19,241 nucleotides of DNA from an uncultured Thermococci archaeon (GTDB lineage: Archaea; Methanobacteriota_B; Thermococci; Thermococcales; Thermococcaceae): assembly GCA_964615185.1 (NCBI GenBank), contig CAZTOS010000015.1:1-19241 (forward strand). The letters are read 5' to 3'. The position numbers and the translations under genes were made by a program. This document shows, one piece after another, positions 1-8,787 of this stretch. Below the pieces are notes generated by a model. It ran no database searches and had not been told where the DNA came from. It saw only the letters and a list, made by a program, of their open reading frames with translations. Each line of letters begins with the position of its first letter. Position 1 is the first letter of the stretch.

Positions 1-1
1 A

Positions 2-268
2 GTTCTTGTTGTTAGTTCAGTGATTGCCTTGATTGCTTACATGCGCGTGTTTTACGTCATCTGGCTTGGGAAACCAAAGGAAGGCTTAGAAATCAAAGAA
101 TCAGCAAGTATGAGCTTAATTTGCCTATTATTAGCATTAACATGCTTAACAATCGGATTAACAGCGCCAGCGGTCTTGGACAAATTCATTGAACCAGCGG
201 CAGCGCAGACTTTAGATTATCAAAAATACGTCGGTGCCATTTTGGAATTAGTGAAAAACTTGCATTAA
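2..268 (+). CDS. 3' end (partial) of an MrpD/MnhD/MbhH-like antiporter subunit, last gene of an upstream operon
   Basis: Frame is open from base 2 (VLVVSSVIALIAYMRVFYVIWLGKP...ESASMSLICLLLALTCLTIGL...) and matches by eye the C-termini of both MbhH proteins here (AAYIRVLFTFFGK; LASFVKVFASAFLGPP). Confidence 0.8.
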   Translation, partial: VLVVSSVIALIAYMRVFYVIWLGKPKEGLEIKESASMSLICLLLALTCLTIGLTAPAVLDKFIEPAAAQTLDYQKYVGAILELVKNLH

Positions 269-299
269 CAAATTTGTATACATTTGTTCCTTCATTTTT
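267..299 (+). terminator. Putative terminator of the upstream operon
   Basis: Inverted repeat AACAAAT(267-273)/ATTTGTT(282-288) at the stop codon, followed by a pyrimidine/T tract. Confidence 0.35.
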
Positions 300-347
300 A
301 CAAACTTTTTGTTGAGAATCTTTAGTTCCAAAAAAGCCGTTTTATAC
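297..347 (+). promoter_or_regulatory. Phased array of degenerate SurR-like boxes (GTTn3AAC), 14-bp period
   Basis: TTTacaAAC (297), GTTgagAAT (311), GTTccaAAA (325), GTTttaTAC (339); each has one mismatch and they are separated by exactly 5 bp, as in GTTn3AACn5GTT. Confidence 0.65.
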
Positions 348-371
348 TTTCGTTGTCAGTTTAGAGCTTTC

Positions 372-388
372 CAAAACCCTTTTAAAAG
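372..388 (+). promoter_or_regulatory. BRE-TATA promoter of mbh operon 1
   Basis: CAAAACCC followed by TTTTAAAA (380-387), about 80 bp upstream of the ATG at 466. Confidence 0.55.
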
Positions 389-436
389 CAATAAATGAAA
401 TATATATCGGGATTTGGTGAAAACTCAATATTGAAC

Positions 437-453
437 GTTGTAAATCAAAAGTT
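437..453 (+). promoter_or_regulatory. SurR-like extended box in the 5' leader, abutting the RBS
   Basis: GTTgtaAATcaaaaGTT, one mismatch to GTTn3AACn5GTT; RBS GAGGTG at 454-459. Confidence 0.45.
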
Positions 454-465
454 GAGGTGGGAAAA

Positions 466-966
466 ATGAGTTTCATCGTTGCATTTGTATGGTCATTCAT
501 GCTCTGGTTGGTACTCACAGCAGGCACCAAGGGAATGCTATGGAGTCCAGAAGAAATCATTGCAGGGGTCATATTCTCCTTAATAGTGGCCTATTCGACA
601 AGGAACATTATAGGGGAGAAGACTACAAGATTCCTAAATCCACTTAGATGGCTTGAGTTTGCGATATACTCAATTGGGCCCCTATTCTGGGGGATGGCCA
701 AAGCAAATTTTGATGTTGCCTACAGAGTGATAACTGGAAAGATAAGACCGGGAATCGTTAGGGTTCCTGTTGAGCTTGAGAATGATGCTCAATACACTAT
801 CTTAAGCAACTCAATAACTCTAACTCCGGGAACACTGACAATAGATGCCTGTCCAGAGGAAAAAGCTCTCTATGTTCACTGGATTTATGTGAGAGAGGAG
901 GAGCCAAAAAGCTCGGAGCCTGTTTCTGGCTCATTTGAAAAATGGGCAAGGAGGTTGGGAAGATGA
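466..966 (+). CDS. mbhA: MBH subunit A (MrpE/MnhE-like), copy 1
   Basis: AKANFDVAYRVITGKIRPGIV, NSITLTPGT and LYVHW motifs; start moved to ATG 466 behind RBS GAGGTG. Confidence 0.93.
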   Translation: MSFIVAFVWSFMLWLVLTAGTKGMLWSPEEIIAGVIFSLIVAYSTRNIIGEKTTRFLNPLRWLEFAIYSIGPLFWGMAKANFDVAYRVITGKIRPGIVRVPVELENDAQYTILSNSITLTPGTLTIDACPEEKALYVHWIYVREEEPKSSEPVSGSFEKWARRLGR

Positions 967-1226
967 TTGCGCCAGAATTCTTTTATTCAGCACTAATAGT
1001 CATGATTGGGGCATTTCTCTCCGTGCTTAGGATTCTTCTTGGTCCAACTATTCCTGACAGAGTCGTTGGAGTTGATACACTGAACACCTTAATCGTTGCA
1101 GGAATGGTTCTCCTTGGGGCAGCGTATGACAGGGTAATTTACATTGACATTGCAATTGTCTATGCTCTGCTGAGCTATATAGGGACACTTGTTATAGCGA
1201 AATACCTTCCGGGGGGATTGAGGTGA
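963..1226 (+). CDS. mbhB: MBH subunit B (MrpF-like), copy 1
   Basis: GPTIPDRVVGVD motif, three hydrophobic helices; ATGA overlap with the mbhA stop. Confidence 0.92.
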   Translation: MIAPEFFYSALIVMIGAFLSVLRILLGPTIPDRVVGVDTLNTLIVAGMVLLGAAYDRVIYIDIAIVYALLSYIGTLVIAKYLPGGLR

Positions 1227-1606
1227 CGAGTATTGTTGAATACGTCATTTATGTCCTCCTTGGGATTAACATAATCTTCAACTTGCTCGGTAGCTTTGCC
1301 CTTCACAGATTTCCAGACGTTTATACAAGACTGCACGGGGCAACTAAGTGCACAACTTTTGGAACAATCTTTGCAGTCCTTGCTGTAATTGTTCATGCAG
1401 CAAACCAGCTCCACGTAACTGGAGATCCAAAGTATCTTCAGATGGCACTTCACAGTTTGGTTGCATTGATAGCATTGTTGCTTACAAATCCAACAGGTGC
1501 TCATGCAATTGCAAAGGCTGCTCACTTGAGCGGTGTAAAGCCTGTGAGAGCTGTCATTGATGCTTATGAAGTAAAACTCAAGAGGGAGAGGGGTGGAGAA
1601 GAATGA
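1223..1606 (+). CDS. mbhC: MBH subunit C (MrpG-like), copy 1
   Basis: RFPDVYTRLHGATK and TNPTGAHAIAKAA motifs; GTGA overlap. Confidence 0.92.
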   Translation: MTSIVEYVIYVLLGINIIFNLLGSFALHRFPDVYTRLHGATKCTTFGTIFAVLAVIVHAANQLHVTGDPKYLQMALHSLVALIALLLTNPTGAHAIAKAAHLSGVKPVRAVIDAYEVKLKRERGGEE

Positions 1607-1869
1607 ACGTTCTCACGGTTGATATGGTCATTCAGTTTGGAATTTTGATTGGAATACTCATAACGGCTTACCTCACAATCAGCTTTAGGGATTTGCTTTC
1701 AGCAGCTTTGGCTTCAGCAGCGATGAGCCTTCTTCTGAGCTTAGAGTTCTACATGCTTCATGCCCCCGACGTTGCGATAGCTGAGGCAGCGGTTGGTGCT
1801 GGTGTAGTTACGGCCATAGTGGTGTACGGAATAGCCAAGACAGAGAGGTGGGAGCGTGAGGGGCCATGA
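1603..1869 (+). CDS. mbhD: MBH subunit D (MrpA C-terminal-like), copy 1
   Basis: [14 protein letters not shown] motif; ATGA overlap. Confidence 0.92.
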   Translation: MNVLTVDMVIQFGILIGILITAYLTISFRDLLSAALASAAMSLLLSLEFYMLHAPDVAIAEAAVGAGVVTAIVVYGIAKTERWEREGP

Positions 1870-2168
1870 ACAGGACTTTGGGTGCTTTGGCTTTGCTGTT
1901 CATCCTTGGTGTGCTCTTAATAGTAGCTAACCCACAATACGGGCTTAAATTTGGTCTTGGCGGCAGTGAGTGGCAAAAGTACCGCTACACTGACCAGTAC
2001 TACATTGAGCACGGCATCGAAGAAGTTGGTGGGACAAACATAGTTACCGACATAGTGTTTGACTACAGAGGTTACGATACCCTTGGAGAGGCCACTGTTC
2101 TCTTTACAGCCATAGCTGGTGCTGTTGCACTGCTCAGACCTTGGAGGAGGGATGAAGATGAAGAATGA
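1866..2168 (+). CDS. mbhE: MBH subunit E, copy 1
   Basis: [26 protein letters not shown] motif. Confidence 0.92.
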   Translation: MNRTLGALALLFILGVLLIVANPQYGLKFGLGGSEWQKYRYTDQYYIEHGIEEVGGTNIVTDIVFDYRGYDTLGEATVLFTAIAGAVALLRPWRRDEDEE

Positions 2169-2604
2169 CATGGGATTAATCGTTAAAACAATGGCGAGAG
2201 CTACAATTCCCCTCATTGGAATATTTGGAGCTTATGTTGTGTCTCATGGTCACCTCACACCCGGTGGTGGCTTCCAGGGAGGTGCTACAATAGCTGGCGC
2301 TGGAATATTGTTTCTCGTTGCATTTGGATTAAACGAAGCTAAGAAGAGATATGACAAGAACATATACTCAGCTCTTGAAGGACTGGGTGGCTTGGCTTTC
2401 TTAGGAGCTGCAATGCTTGGATTAAGCGTCGCTTTCTTCTACAACATACTATGGAAGGACAAAATAGCCTTTGCCGGTCAGCCAGGAACTCTACTTTCAG
2501 CGGGTTATTTGCCAATAATGAACTTAGCCGTTGGATTGAAGGTCTTCACGGGATTAGTAAGTGCGATGATGGCAATAGCGCTCTTTAGGAGGTGGAAGAA
2601 GTGA
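2158..2604 (+). CDS. mbhF: MBH subunit F (MrpB-like), copy 1
   Basis: [13 protein letters not shown] motif; start 2158 chosen for spacing from GGAGGAGG (2152 is an alternative). Confidence 0.92.
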   Translation: MKNDMGLIVKTMARATIPLIGIFGAYVVSHGHLTPGGGFQGGATIAGAGILFLVAFGLNEAKKRYDKNIYSALEGLGGLAFLGAAMLGLSVAFFYNILWKDKIAFAGQPGTLLSAGYLPIMNLAVGLKVFTGLVSAMMAIALFRRWKK

Positions 2605-2963
2605 TTCCGTTTCAATTTGTAACTGCATTCCTCCTGATCTGCATGGGAATCTATGCATTCCTCTACAAGAGGAACCTAATCAAGCTGATCTTAGCCTTGG
2701 ACATAATTGACTCCGGGATTCACTTACTTCTGATAAGCCTTGGCTACCGTTTGGAAAACGGGGTTCTTCCTACTGCGCCAATTTACACGGGATATGAAAC
2801 ACTGAAAGGCACGCCGATGGTTGGTCCAATTCCTCAGGCTTTAGTGCTTACGAGCATCGTCATTGGAGTTTGTGTTCTGGCTTTAGCAATGGCACTGACG
2901 ATTAACGCCTACAGACATTACGGAAGCTTAGACATCAACAAGTTAAGGAGGTTGAGAGGATGA
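2601..2963 (+). CDS. mbhG: MBH subunit G (MrpC-like), copy 1
   Basis: KRNLIK and PQALVLTSIVIG motifs; GTG start overlapping the mbhF stop, behind GGAGGTGG. Confidence 0.92.
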   Translation: MIPFQFVTAFLLICMGIYAFLYKRNLIKLILALDIIDSGIHLLLISLGYRLENGVLPTAPIYTGYETLKGTPMVGPIPQALVLTSIVIGVCVLALAMALTINAYRHYGSLDINKLRRLRG

Positions 2964-4495
2964 ATGTGCTGCCGTTCCTAATCATCGTTCCTCTCTTTGG
3001 AGCATTTTCAATGCCTCTAATCAAGCTCATCAGTGAGAAATTTAGGGACATTTGGGCAGTGATAATTAGTGCAATAACCCTATGTGTAGCTGCTGACGTG
3101 TTTTACACAATCTGGAAGACCAATCAAATAATAGTGTACACACTTGGAGACACAACGCCGTTAGGAAAGGGCGTGGGATTCCCAATTAGAATTGTCTGGG
3201 AAGTTGACCTCTTAGGGGCATTGATAGCAGTAACGATAGCATTTGTCTCACTGCTGGCAATAATATACTCACTTGAATACATGAAGTATGACACGGGATT
3301 AGATAAGTACTATACCCTAATCTTAATCTTAGAGCTTGGAATGCTCGGCATAGTCATAACGGGAGATATATTCAATTTCTATGTCTTCCTTGAGATAATG
3401 AGCATAGCGAGCTATGCCTTGGTTGCATTCAGAAATGATACATGGGAAGGCATTGAGGCTGGAATCAAGTACATGTTTGTTGGTTCGCTGGCAAGTTCGT
3501 TCATTCTTCTTGGCATTGCCCTGCTATATGGTCAGTATGGAACCCTGACGATGGCTTATCTAAGCCATTACATCACAAGGGAGCCAACATTTGTAAGCAA
3601 AGTTGCCTTGGCTTTCATCCTTGGAGGACTGCTCTTCAAGAGCGGTGCGGTTCCGGTACACATGTGGCTTGCCGATGCTCACCCGGCAGCACCAAGCTCA
3701 ATTTCAGCAATGCTTTCTGGGTTGGTAATTAAAGCCGGTGGTGTTTACGCAATAGCGAGAATACTCTTCAGCATTTACGGCATAAGCCTCAACATCAGGA
3801 CTCTTGGCTGGATAGTTATATTCTTCGCATGTCTGACGTTAATCGTTGGAAATGCAATGGCTGTGGTACAGACTGATATGAAGAGGCTATTCGCATTCTC
3901 AAGTGTTGGACAGATAGGATACATTCTTCTCGGTATAGGCATTGGGCTTGCGGCATATGGAACTAAGGTTGGGCAAATAGCTCTGGCTGGAGCAATATAT
4001 CACACGGTGAACCATGCACTTATGAAAGCGCTCCTCTTCCTTGTCGCTGGTGCTGTTCTACATGAAGTAGGCACAAAGAACCTCAATGAGCTTAGCGGAT
4101 TGGCAAGAAAGATGCCGCTGACAAGCTTTGCCTTTCTGGTTGGTGCTGCGGCTATAATAGGATTGCCTCCGCTAAACGGATTTGCAAGCAAATGGCTTAT
4201 CTATGAAAGCTCTGCCCTGTACAATCCATTCTTGGCAGCAGTGGCTGTACTTGGAACAGCATTTTGTACTGCAGCTTACATCAGAGTACTCTTCACATTC
4301 TTTGGAAAGGAAAGCGAGAAAGTGAAGGAGGCAAGAGATCCAGGAAAAGCCATGGTAATACCAATGATAATCTTGATTCTCGCAATAATCATCATGGGGC
4401 TTTTGCCTTGGCAAATAAATGATAGCATAATGTTGCCAACAGCGAAGATGCTTGAGGAGTCAGGAAAATATGTACTGGCGGTATTGGGGGGATGA
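2960..4495 (+). CDS. mbhH: MBH subunit H (MrpD/NuoM-N-like antiporter-like subunit), copy 1
   Basis: 511 aa, polytopic; GDIFNFYVFLE(145), LFK(227)SGAVPVHMWLADAH, GLVIK(258), HTVNHALMK, GFASKW. Confidence 0.95.
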   Translation: MNVLPFLIIVPLFGAFSMPLIKLISEKFRDIWAVIISAITLCVAADVFYTIWKTNQIIVYTLGDTTPLGKGVGFPIRIVWEVDLLGALIAVTIAFVSLLAIIYSLEYMKYDTGLDKYYTLILILELGMLGIVITGDIFNFYVFLEIMSIASYALVAFRNDTWEGIEAGIKYMFVGSLASSFILLGIALLYGQYGTLTMAYLSHYITREPTFVSKVALAFILGGLLFKSGAVPVHMWLADAHPAAPSSISAMLSGLVIKAGGVYAIARILFSIYGISLNIRTLGWIVIFFACLTLIVGNAMAVVQTDMKRLFAFSSVGQIGYILLGIGIGLAAYGTKVGQIALAGAIYHTVNHALMKALLFLVAGAVLHEVGTKNLNELSGLARKMPLTSFAFLVGAAAIIGLPPLNGFASKWLIYESSALYNPFLAAVAVLGTAFCTAAYIRVLFTFFGKESEKVKEARDPGKAMVIPMIILILAIIIMGLLPWQINDSIMLPTAKMLEESGKYVLAVLGG

Positions 4496-4498
4496 AAG

Positions 4499-4846
4499 AT
4501 GTTCGGCTATTGGGATGCCCTTTACTTCATTTATGTTTTCATTATAGGTTTGATTATCAGCTACATTCTCATGAAGTGGGGAGAGAAGGCAAGCATGGGC
4601 ACAAGGAGAGTGGGGGCTGGTACTAAGGTTTACTTGAGCGGTGAAGATGAAGATGAGGTGATTCCTCAATTTGAACACCTTCGCGGATACTTCACAGGGA
4701 GACATGTTATGTGGGGTCTTATTAGGGGAATCAACAGAATGTTCATTGCCTTCAGAAGAGAGCACACAGGTTTGCTCACGGATTACGTTGCATATCTCCT
4801 CATGACAGTTGCAATAATCCTTGGAGTCCTGATAATATGGGGGTGA
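4499..4846 (+). CDS. mbhI: MBH subunit I (lateral-helix membrane anchor), copy 1
   Basis: N- and C-terminal TM helices, YLSGE and HTGLLTDY motifs; lies between mbhH and mbhJ. Confidence 0.88.
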   Translation: MFGYWDALYFIYVFIIGLIISYILMKWGEKASMGTRRVGAGTKVYLSGEDEDEVIPQFEHLRGYFTGRHVMWGLIRGINRMFIAFRREHTGLLTDYVAYLLMTVAIILGVLIIWG

Positions 4847-4851
4847 GCTAA

Positions 4852-5346
4852 ATGGAGGAAGTCAAGGCTAATGCTAAAAGTGAGAGGGAAATGCTTGAGA
4901 GAAGGATTGCAAAGCTCTGTAAATACATCGGAAGGTCACCTTGGGTCTTTCACGTTAACAGTGGCTCATGCAACGGCTGTGATATTGAAATCATAGCAGC
5001 ATTGACCCCAAGATATGACGCTGAGAGATTCGGGGTAAAGCTCGTTGGAACACCGAGGCACGCTGACATTCTGCTTGTCACAGGCCCAATAACAGATCAG
5101 AGCCTTGAGAGGGTTAAGCTGATTTATGAACAGACACCAGACCCGAAGGTTGTAATTGCAGTAGGTGCTTGTCCAACAGGAGGAAGCGTGTTCTACGAGA
5201 GTCCATTTACAAACGCTCCGCTCGACAAGCACATTCCAGTTGATGTCTTTGTTCCCGGTTGCCCGCCAAGACCAGAGGCAATCCTTTATGGGGTTGTTTT
5301 AGGATTGGAAAAGCTCATCAAAAAGATTGAAGGTGAGAAAGAATGA
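4852..5346 (+). CDS. mbhJ: [NiFe]-hydrogenase group 4 small subunit (NuoB-like), copy 1
   Basis: GSCNGCDIE, PRHADILLVTG, GAC and PGCPPRPE: four Cys for one [4Fe-4S] cluster. Confidence 0.95.
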   Translation: MEEVKANAKSEREMLERRIAKLCKYIGRSPWVFHVNSGSCNGCDIEIIAALTPRYDAERFGVKLVGTPRHADILLVTGPITDQSLERVKLIYEQTPDPKVVIAVGACPTGGSVFYESPFTNAPLDKHIPVDVFVPGCPPRPEAILYGVVLGLEKLIKKIEGEKE

Positions 5347-5861
5347 CACCTGAGGAGTTTGCTGAGAGGGTAAAGGCAAAGTTTGAAGATGCAGAGGTCA
5401 AGATAACTGAAAATAAGCTTCCTCATCCAAGAAAGAGGATCTGGATTGAAGTTACAAGAGAAAAGTTCAAAGACCTTGTTAAATTCCTTAAAGAAATTGA
5501 CCCGGCTGCACAGTTTTCTGTCATAATAGCCGAGGATAGGGGAGACAAGCTGACGGCAAAATACCATTGGGAGATGTTCTGGGGGCAAGGAAAAAGCCTA
5601 TCAGTTGTCATTGGAACAGCATGCCCGAAGGATGACCCAGTGTTGCCCACAATAACTGACATCTTTCCAAGCTCCCTACCATACGAGAGAGAAGTACAGG
5701 AGTTCCTTGGCATCAAATACGAGGGAATCCCTGACCCAAGGAGACTGTTCTTGCCAGATGACTTTCCAGAGGGAATTTATCCACTAAGGCTTGATGAGAC
5801 GGGAATTAAGCCTGAAATGGTCAAAAATGCTGGACATCCATACAGGAGGGAGTCAAAATGA
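5343..5861 (+). CDS. mbhK: MBH subunit K (NuoC-like), copy 1
   Basis: PTITDIFP..YEREVQEFLGI.YEG.PDPRRLFLPDDFPEGIYPLR motif. Confidence 0.93.
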   Translation: MTPEEFAERVKAKFEDAEVKITENKLPHPRKRIWIEVTREKFKDLVKFLKEIDPAAQFSVIIAEDRGDKLTAKYHWEMFWGQGKSLSVVIGTACPKDDPVLPTITDIFPSSLPYEREVQEFLGIKYEGIPDPRRLFLPDDFPEGIYPLRLDETGIKPEMVKNAGHPYRRESK

Positions 5862-7144
5862 ATGGGAGGATTGAATACTGGGTTAAAATCCCCATAGGCC
5901 CTATTCACCCAGCATTGGAAGAACCTGAGAAGTTCATAATTACGCTTGACGGCGAGCGTATAATCAACGTCGATGTTAAGCTTGGTTACAACTTAAGAGG
6001 TCTTGAATGGATTGCAATGAGAAGGAACTGGATTCAAGTGCTATATTTAGCAGAGAGAATATGTGGAATTTGTTCGTTTTCACACAATCACACTTATGCA
6101 AGAGCTGTTGAAGAGATGGCTGGTATTGAAGTGCCAGAGAGGGCAGAATATATCAGGGTAATTATCGGAGAGCTTGAGAGAATACACTCTCACTTGCTCA
6201 ACCTGGGTGTTGTTGCCCACACAATAGGCTACGACACAGTTCTTCATTTAAGCTGGCTGGCGAGGGAGAAGGTTATGGACATTCTTGAGGACATTGGAGG
6301 TAACAGAGTCAACTACGCTGGAAACATGATTGGTGGAGTTAGGAGAGACATAACAGAGAAGCATAAGAGGGCAATACTTGACATGATTTACTACTATCGT
6401 CAAGAAGTCATGCCAAAAATTGAGGAGGTATTCCTATATGATCCAACGGTTGAGGCACGTTTGAGGGATTCGGGAGTTATTCCAAAGAGGATAGCAATTG
6501 AGTACAGTGCTCAAGGTCCAACAGCAAGGGGAAGCGGCATCAAGAAGGACGTTAGGTACAACGAAAAGCTTGGAGTCTACCCAGACTTGGGAGTCAAGCC
6601 AGTGACACCTAAGGAGTTTACAGGTGTAATCAAAGGAGATGTTTTTGACAGAATGGTCGTAAGAGTTGGTGAGCTTTGGCAAAGCATGGAAATCATTGAG
6701 AGAGCACTGGATCAAATGCCTGAAGGAAAAATTAAGGCATTTCCGAAGGACAACATGATAATCTTCAAGCTCAAGAAAGCAGAAGGAGAAGGAATTGGAA
6801 GATATGAAGCACCAAGAGGAGAGGTTATTCACTACGTGAGGGCTGAACCTGGAAGAGATGGTCCAGCAAAGTGGAAGATGAGAGAGCCAACGTTCCCGAA
6901 CTTATTTGCAGTTGCAAGGGCCTTAGTTGGTGAGCAGTTGGCTGATGTCCCAGTTGCTATAGCTTCAATTGACCCCTGCTTGAGCTGTACCGATAGAGTG
7001 GCTGTGATTGATGCAAATACAGGAAAGAGAAAAGTTCTAACTGAGGTTGACCTGCTTAAAGAGTCAATAAAGAAGACCAAGGAAATCAATCCAAACATCA
7101 AAGCGAAGCCTGAGAGAATTGGGATAGGGAGGTGTGCGCTATGA
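5858..7144 (+). CDS. mbhL: [NiFe]-hydrogenase group 4 catalytic large subunit, copy 1
   Basis: GPIHPALEEP, ERICGIC (C69/C72), EAPRGE, DPCLSCTDR (C374/C377), then a 48-aa C-terminal extension. Confidence 0.97.
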   Translation: MNGRIEYWVKIPIGPIHPALEEPEKFIITLDGERIINVDVKLGYNLRGLEWIAMRRNWIQVLYLAERICGICSFSHNHTYARAVEEMAGIEVPERAEYIRVIIGELERIHSHLLNLGVVAHTIGYDTVLHLSWLAREKVMDILEDIGGNRVNYAGNMIGGVRRDITEKHKRAILDMIYYYRQEVMPKIEEVFLYDPTVEARLRDSGVIPKRIAIEYSAQGPTARGSGIKKDVRYNEKLGVYPDLGVKPVTPKEFTGVIKGDVFDRMVVRVGELWQSMEIIERALDQMPEGKIKAFPKDNMIIFKLKKAEGEGIGRYEAPRGEVIHYVRAEPGRDGPAKWKMREPTFPNLFAVARALVGEQLADVPVAIASIDPCLSCTDRVAVIDANTGKRKVLTEVDLLKESIKKTKEINPNIKAKPERIGIGRCAL

Positions 7145-8130
7145 ACCTTTTATATGCCACTCTTGGTTTAATTGCTCTCTACCTTTATGTTTCATTTGCC
7201 TCACTGCTCTGGGAAGGACTTGACAGAAAGTTAGTTGCAAGAATGCAACGCAGAGTAGGACCTCCACTCCTCCAGCCGTTCTATGACTTCCTAAAGCTCA
7301 TGAGCAAGGAATCAATAATTCCAAAGCATGCAAATAAATTCTATGAATTGGCTCCAGTTTTGGCTTTAGCTGTCTCAATAGCACTGTTAGCTTACACTCC
7401 AATGGGATTTGCACCTCTCTTTGCTACAAAAGGTGACGTAATTGTATTCATATATCTGTTAACTCTCATTGGCTTCATCAGAGTTTTGGGAGCAATAAGC
7501 TCTGGCTCACCTTATGCTCAAATAGGTGCTCAGAGAGAAATGATAATATTGGTTTCAAGGGAAATTCCAATGATGCTTGGCCTCTTCACAATTCTCTGGA
7601 GGTTAAATCATCTCGGAGTTGAAAAGCCCTTCAGCCTGGCAGCATTTTACCAGCACAACATATGGGAGCTTGGAACACCTTTGGCTTTCATTGGAACATT
7701 CATATTGCTCTTTGTGTTCTTGGCTTGGCTGGCAAGTGAGATTGAAGTTGGTTTCTTTGACATTCCAGAAGCTGAGACTGAGGTTGCTGAAGGTCCAATG
7801 GCTGAATACAGCGGGAGACATCTTGCGTTGTTTGAGCTCAGCAATGCTCTGAAAATGTTTGTGAGTGCAAGCTTAGTTGTTGCAATCTTCTTCCCTTGGG
7901 GCATAAGTACTTACATTGGTCTTAGCGGAACAGCAGCTCTCATTGTTGACATACTGTTCCATACATTCAAGGTCTTTGCAGTGCTATTCATCAGCATGAG
8001 CATATTCAGGGCTATAACGGGAAGACTGAGAATCACTCAGGCAGTGCAAGTGTTCTGGGTGAGACTTTTCCCTGCTGCAATAATCGGCTCCTTAATTCTT
8101 GCAATTGACCTATTGGGGGTGATAGCATGA
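7141..8130 (+). CDS. mbhM: MBH subunit M (NuoH-like membrane subunit), copy 1
   Basis: DRKLVARMQRRVGPP..QPFYDFLKL..KE and FDIPEAETE..GPMAEYSG motifs; ATGA overlap. Confidence 0.94.
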   Translation: MNLLYATLGLIALYLYVSFASLLWEGLDRKLVARMQRRVGPPLLQPFYDFLKLMSKESIIPKHANKFYELAPVLALAVSIALLAYTPMGFAPLFATKGDVIVFIYLLTLIGFIRVLGAISSGSPYAQIGAQREMIILVSREIPMMLGLFTILWRLNHLGVEKPFSLAAFYQHNIWELGTPLAFIGTFILLFVFLAWLASEIEVGFFDIPEAETEVAEGPMAEYSGRHLALFELSNALKMFVSASLVVAIFFPWGISTYIGLSGTAALIVDILFHTFKVFAVLFISMSIFRAITGRLRITQAVQVFWVRLFPAAIIGSLILAIDLLGVIA

Positions 8131-8699
8131 AAATTCCTCCAACTCTTTCCACTGTCCTTTCAAATCTTTTCAAAAGACCAGCAACAAACATGTTTCCAAA
8201 GACTGAACCAGTTCCAACTCCAGATGGATTTAGGGGGAAGCTTGTTTATCATGTTGACAAATGTGTTGGTTGTAAGCTCTGTGTAACAGTTTGTCCAGCT
8301 GGAGTCATTGAGTTCATACCAGAAATTAAGAAAGTGACTTTCTGGCTCGGCAGATGCGTGTTCTGTGCTCAATGTGTAGATGTATGCCCAGTAAACGCCT
8401 TAGAAATGAGCAAGGAGTTCCTTCTTGCTACTTATGACAAATATGATGACAACCTGAGATGGCTCAAAAATGAGGAAATTGAGGAGATGATAGAGGCGCA
8501 AAAGAGCAAAAAAGTCAAGAAATATCGCATAATACCAGATAAATGTAAGGGATGTACATTGTGTGCAAGGAAGTGCCCACAAAACGCTATAACTGGTGCC
8601 CCAGGAAAAGTGCATAAAATCGATCCGAACAAGTGTGTTGGCTGTGGCATATGTGTAAGTGTCTGTAGATTTGGTGCCATTGAGGAATACGAAGAGTGA
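8127..8699 (+). CDS. mbhN: MBH subunit N (NuoI-like) with an extra C-terminal 2x[4Fe-4S] domain, copy 1
   Basis: GFRGKL followed by four CxxCxxCxxxC motifs. Confidence 0.93.
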   Translation: MKIPPTLSTVLSNLFKRPATNMFPKTEPVPTPDGFRGKLVYHVDKCVGCKLCVTVCPAGVIEFIPEIKKVTFWLGRCVFCAQCVDVCPVNALEMSKEFLLATYDKYDDNLRWLKNEEIEEMIEAQKSKKVKKYRIIPDKCKGCTLCARKCPQNAITGAPGKVHKIDPNKCVGCGICVSVCRFGAIEEYEE

Positions 8700-8707
8700 G
8701 ATGCTAC

Positions 8708-8729
8708 TATTTTTTCAATTTTCTTATTT
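8708..8729 (+). terminator. Oligo-T terminator of operon 1
   Basis: TATTTTTTCAATTTTCTTATTT starting about 10 bp after the mbhN stop; typical archaeal intrinsic terminator. Confidence 0.55.
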
Positions 8730-8769
8730 GTTAATATTGATCATTTGCTAAATGCTACGTATTTTGTTT

Positions 8770-8787
8770 TTTGTAAAGGTTTACAAA
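8770..8787. repeat. Perfect inverted repeat TTTGTAAA-gg-TTTACAAA
   Basis: 8-bp arms with a 2-bp spacer, read directly from the sequence. Confidence 0.6.

Noticed and set aside
297..360. Periodic GTT pattern as a CRISPR remnant
   Set aside because: The 14-bp period is far too short for repeat-spacer units; it fits operator phasing.
1348..1560. Cys-rich 70-aa ORF (and similar ones at 1175-1525 and 12189-12515) as metallothionein-like peptides
   Set aside because: Alternate-frame or antisense shadows of hydrophobic mbh genes; Cys arises from out-of-frame reading of Val/Ala/Leu codons.
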